Assembly (NCBI GenBank): GCA_051530055.1 | Contig: CM121343.1 | Location: 156,389 to 220,388, forward strand | DNA: 64,000 nucleotides | Reading direction: 5' to 3' | Origin: Neoechinorhynchus agilis | Lineage: Eukaryota > Animalia > Acanthocephala | Shown here: in pieces, positions 60,258 to 64,000 of the stretch | Layout: the number at the start of each line of letters is the position of its first letter | Numbering within the stretch: position 1 is the first letter of the stretch | Notes under the pieces: model-generated | What the model saw: the letters and a program-made list of their open reading frames with translations, nothing else | The model's database searches: none | Told to the model about the DNA's origin: nothing | Program-made: the position numbers and the translations under genes

Positions 60258-61800
60258 TTAATTTTTAATTATTAAATTAAGTTCCTTATTTACATATCCG
60301 CTGCCCACTACAGCCATAATATTGGTTTTGTTAGGGTTCAGCCCGATGCCCATGAGTACTGCGTGTTTGTTGATATGGGCTAACAGTTCCTTCAGTAGTA
60401 TAGGTAATTCCCAGGAGTTGTTGGTAAATAAAACTGCACTTATATCGTCAGCATATATAAAAATATTGACACCTTCCTTATAGAAATCGGCCATAAGTTG
60501 CATGGCTATTAGAAATAGGAGATAGTGGGGAGCCCTGTGGTATACCTTTTTTAGGATAAAAGATTTTATGATCCTCGTCGTCATCAAAATTAAAGGACTT
60601 GGTGGCTAAAATATCTTTGATACGAACTACAATATCTTGTGGGAAGTTGAGAAGGACCACGCAGTGCATTAAAAATTGAAGATCAATGTTGTCATACGCT
60701 GCGGAAAAAATCGAATGAAACGAGGCAGCGATACCTAAAATTTTGGTACCTAAGGGAATCATAGATGGCTCTTGTTGCAGAAGTTACGGATCTCCCTTGG
60801 TAAAAACCGTGGCAGTTTCGGTTTATAACGTCCTTTTCCGTACAAAATTCCATCAAACGAATGGCAAGAGCTTTCTCATAAAGAGATACTAGGGCGTTCT
60901 GAATGGAAATTGGCCTAAGATCTGAGGAGGAATTGACCACCTTCTTTTTGGCTTTTACGATAAGAATTCCCCGTGCCAGGTTAATGCTCAACCAATCCTC
61001 TCTAGATGCTCTAAGCATACAAGAGGCGATTAGGGGTCAAATTGAAGGTTCTATATACCTTAGGCATTTACTAGAAGCACAAACATTATTTGATGACAAC
61101 TTTATCATACTTCCCCGTGCTTTTAAAATATCATCCATATGTAAATCTCCTTCATTTAATGATCGCAATAGTGGGAGGGTTAGCCAATCATTAGTAGGGG
61201 AAACATTTGTTGCTCCAACGGAGAGTTTGCCCAAAATGTCGTACAATATCACCTTATACGATGAAGACCTGATCCATCTTAAAGATTTGTCCTTCCATTT
61301 GATAAATTTCGAATTCTTCAAAACTCGCCAAAAGGATTTTGTAGAGGAGGAAAGATTCTTCATTACTCTACGATGTTGTTGCAAATGCAGATTATAATTG
61401 CAAGCCAAGTATTTGTTGGACCAAAACTTTTGCATGGGAGCATCCTGATGCAAGTTAGCTTTTTTAATTTGGGATGCACAGTATTTAAGATAGTTTGAGG
61501 TAACTGCTCGTCTTGAAAAATGATTGGGAATAGATAAAAATTTGTTTGAGAGATTAAAAAGTAAAGAATTCCATTCCTGGAGATTCAGAAATTCGTGAAG
61601 GGAGCGCTTAATGGCGAAATTGAAAAAAACTACGTTAATGGGCGAAAACCGGAATCTGCGGCTTAAAGACTTGTCGCTGGATAAGTACCATGTTATCAGA
61701 TCATGATAGCATGCTTCCGATAAATCGCATTGTTTTGCAACTGTAATGCCTTCCTGTCGGTTGGATGGGACATAGCATCCATCCAACCAAGAATGAACAT
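60258..61800 (-). mobile_element. Degenerate LINE (copy 3): linker and RT
   Basis: LRPISIQNALVSLYEK, CHGFYQGRS, KGIPQGSPLSP and IYADD. Confidence 0.85.
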
Positions 61801-61936
61801 TACTCGATATCCTCTGAAATGTGGGTTGGGTGGGTGTTAAAAATACATGAGAGCCCTCTCTATTGGCTATAGCTTTCGTTCATTTTCCCGCAGGGTCGTT
61901 AAAATCACCAAATAAAAAGATGTTGCCCAAGCTTAA

Positions 61937-62490
61937 AATCGTAGCTGTTCCACACCAATTCTAAAATAAAAACTCGTTACTCACATTGCCAATCACTCAT
62001 CCCAGAACAAATTTTCTATTCGCGCCCGTACTTCTCCCTTAGGGATAATAAATCCTTTGAAATCATAAACTTGTATCGTTTTCTCCTTTAATTTATCATC
62101 CATGACAACCAACGCAACCGCAATCTCAATTATCACTTTACCCACACACAAATATACCATAAATCGGCAAACCCAATCGTAGCTGTTCCACACCAATTCT
62201 AAAATAAAAACTCGTTACTCACATTGCCAATCACTCATCCCAAAACAAATTTTCTATTCGCTCCCGTACTTCTCTATTAGGGATAATAAATCCTTTGAAA
62301 TCGAAAACTTGTATCGTTTCCTCCTTTAATTTATCATCGATGACAACCAACGCAACCGCAATCTCAATTATCACCTAACCCACACACAATTATACAATAA
62401 ATCGGCATACCGAATCGTAGCTGTTCCACGCCAATTCTAAAATAAAAACTCGTTACTCACATTGCCAATCACTCATCCCAAAACAAATTC
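61937..62490. repeat. 238-bp tandem repeat, about 2.3 copies
   Basis: aatcgtagctgttccac starts at 61937, 62175 and 62413. Confidence 0.92.
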
Positions 62491-62834
62491 TTAAAGTGAT
62501 TTAATGATCTTTTTGCAATGCAAATTCTCTCTTTTAAGAATCGCTTCTATGGAACCTCATCCTATTTCTCTTCTACTCTTATCATTTGCAACTTCGTGTA
62601 CACGCTTACCAACGCTCTCATTAATTCAAATTTAGAACATTGGAGGATTGGCTACCACAAATAAAGAAATGGTGCGATATAAAAATCAAGTGCTCCCAAA
62701 TATTTGTATGATTGTATAAGTGATAATGAGCCAAGGCCTTGTTCGAATATGAAACATTTTTAATTTCACGAACAGTTACAAAACTATATAATAATAACAC
62801 ATTTTATTAATAATCGATACTTAACTTTGAACGG

Positions 62835-63680
62835 TCAGAAAAATATCCTTCTGAAGTAGTTGAATGCCGCAACGGCTACTTGGTAAACGGCATCAATAAT
62901 ATTCTTTATTGTTGTCAATCCATTCCAAGGTTTCGATACGATATTCGGCTCCGTTTGCGTGCTACTTTCCTGCAAATCTATTATCTTGCACGTCGCTGGG
63001 CGTACATAACGACCTTGAGGTTCTTTTGGCTCTACTTCACTAAATAAAGTGAAAAACTCGCTGTATTTTTCGAATTCCAACGACGACTCATTAAATATAA
63101 CGGTTGATTCCTGAAAATCGAGAAACGATTCGTAGTAATCTTCGTTTCCATTCCAAACGTGATTAAAGGCCGGATTCTCACAATAGAGAAGAGGTGAGCC
63201 ATATTCGTCCATTCCTGATCGTGAATCGTAATAATCAAAAGTCACGTTCTCGAAACCTGGTGGAGTTGAGAAGTATCCTTCGTTTTCGGGCTCGTTATCG
63301 TAATAAGTAAACGAGCAATTTTCAAAACCTGGTGGAGGTAAGCAATATTCTTCATTTCCAATCGATGAATGATTATTACTGAAGTCATCTATGCTTGGTG
63401 GTGACTCATTGAAAATAAAAGTGAAATCATCAAAGCCGGGCGGAGGTGCACAATTATTTATAGTATTATCTGCGTTTTCCAAAATTTTTTCGACTTCTCG
63501 ATCGAGGTAAAAATCATCATCGAAGGGATTATATATTTGGTGACCTTGGTGAATAATGTTGAACGTTGGTGGATCTGGATGGCTGAAACTATTGGGCTGA
63601 CCAGAGATGTGGTTCCGCAGGAATTGTGCGCTTTCCTCGATTGGTGGTGCCCTTATCCCGAATTGTTGTCTTGTTGTCAT
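62835..63680 (-). CDS. Orphan 281-aa acidic/aromatic protein with three (P/T)PPGF repeats, NPF and TQT motifs, and a hydrophobic C-terminal helix
   Basis: Uninterrupted ATG-TGA ORF in AT-rich flanks. The internal peptide repeats have diverged in DNA but kept the PPGF motif. Confidence 0.7.
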   Translation of the reverse strand: MTTRQQFGIRAPPIEESAQFLRNHISGQPNSFSHPDPPTFNIIHQGHQIYNPFDDDFYLDREVEKILENADNTINNCAPPPGFDDFTFIFNESPPSIDDFSNNHSSIGNEEYCLPPPGFENCSFTYYDNEPENEGYFSTPPGFENVTFDYYDSRSGMDEYGSPLLYCENPAFNHVWNGNEDYYESFLDFQESTVIFNESSLEFEKYSEFFTLFSEVEPKEPQGRYVRPATCKIIDLQESSTQTEPNIVSKPWNGLTTIKNIIDAVYQVAVAAFNYFRRIFF

Positions 63681-64000
63681 ACTTCAAATCTGTAGCTCTG
63701 AACTGTCTAAAATTAGGAAACTACGGTTAGTCGAGATTTTGGAGGCTTTACTTTCTTTATCAGGTCTTCTAATGATCTACCAAAAAGTTCAGTTACTTAA
63801 CAGCTAAATGTTTCTATAAACCTGACGCAGCGCTTCGAATGACAGGTGATTTTCAAATCATTCCAAATTAAAACTAATGCAATTTCTGCAAATTTTATGA
63901 CATTTCATATCCCTAAAACCCCGCTGAATTGCAACATTCTGATTGTGGAATTCTTTACTGTATCGCTTTCGACACTTATCAAGACAGAACAACGGATATC

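Overview
Eukaryotic nuclear DNA, probably from an invertebrate with a compact gene style: AT-rich spacers, GT-AG introns of about 47-61 nt, standard genetic code. No prokaryotic operons or CRISPR were seen, and the organism cannot be identified from sequence alone. Apparently intact host genes: a divergent spliced TFIIA large-subunit-like gene, a secreted Gly/Tyr repeat protein (5 exons), PFKFB, Derlin-2-like, tRNA-Pro(UGG), an Arg-rich gene running off the left edge, and two orphan ORFs (137 aa and 281 aa). The most striking feature is a 9.3-kb satellite of about 56 x 148-bp cores, 10 of them in-frame 246-bp variants. It was built from the 3' coding end of a paralog of the Arg-rich gene, so every monomer encodes a CHTOP/ALYREF-type LDxxLDxYM UAP56-binding-like motif. 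The rest is a retroelement graveyard (RTE, CR1/L2-like, CRE, Penelope, Gypsy, and an unusual LINE family in three copies). It is rich in inverted repeats, several built from host-gene fragments (PFKFB, trehalase). It also holds a 2.35-kb inverted duplication, an 18-bp minisatellite, a foldback element, a poly-C tract flanked by a 9-bp direct repeat, and ribozyme-like motifs. All homology calls and identity estimates were made by eye without database searches.
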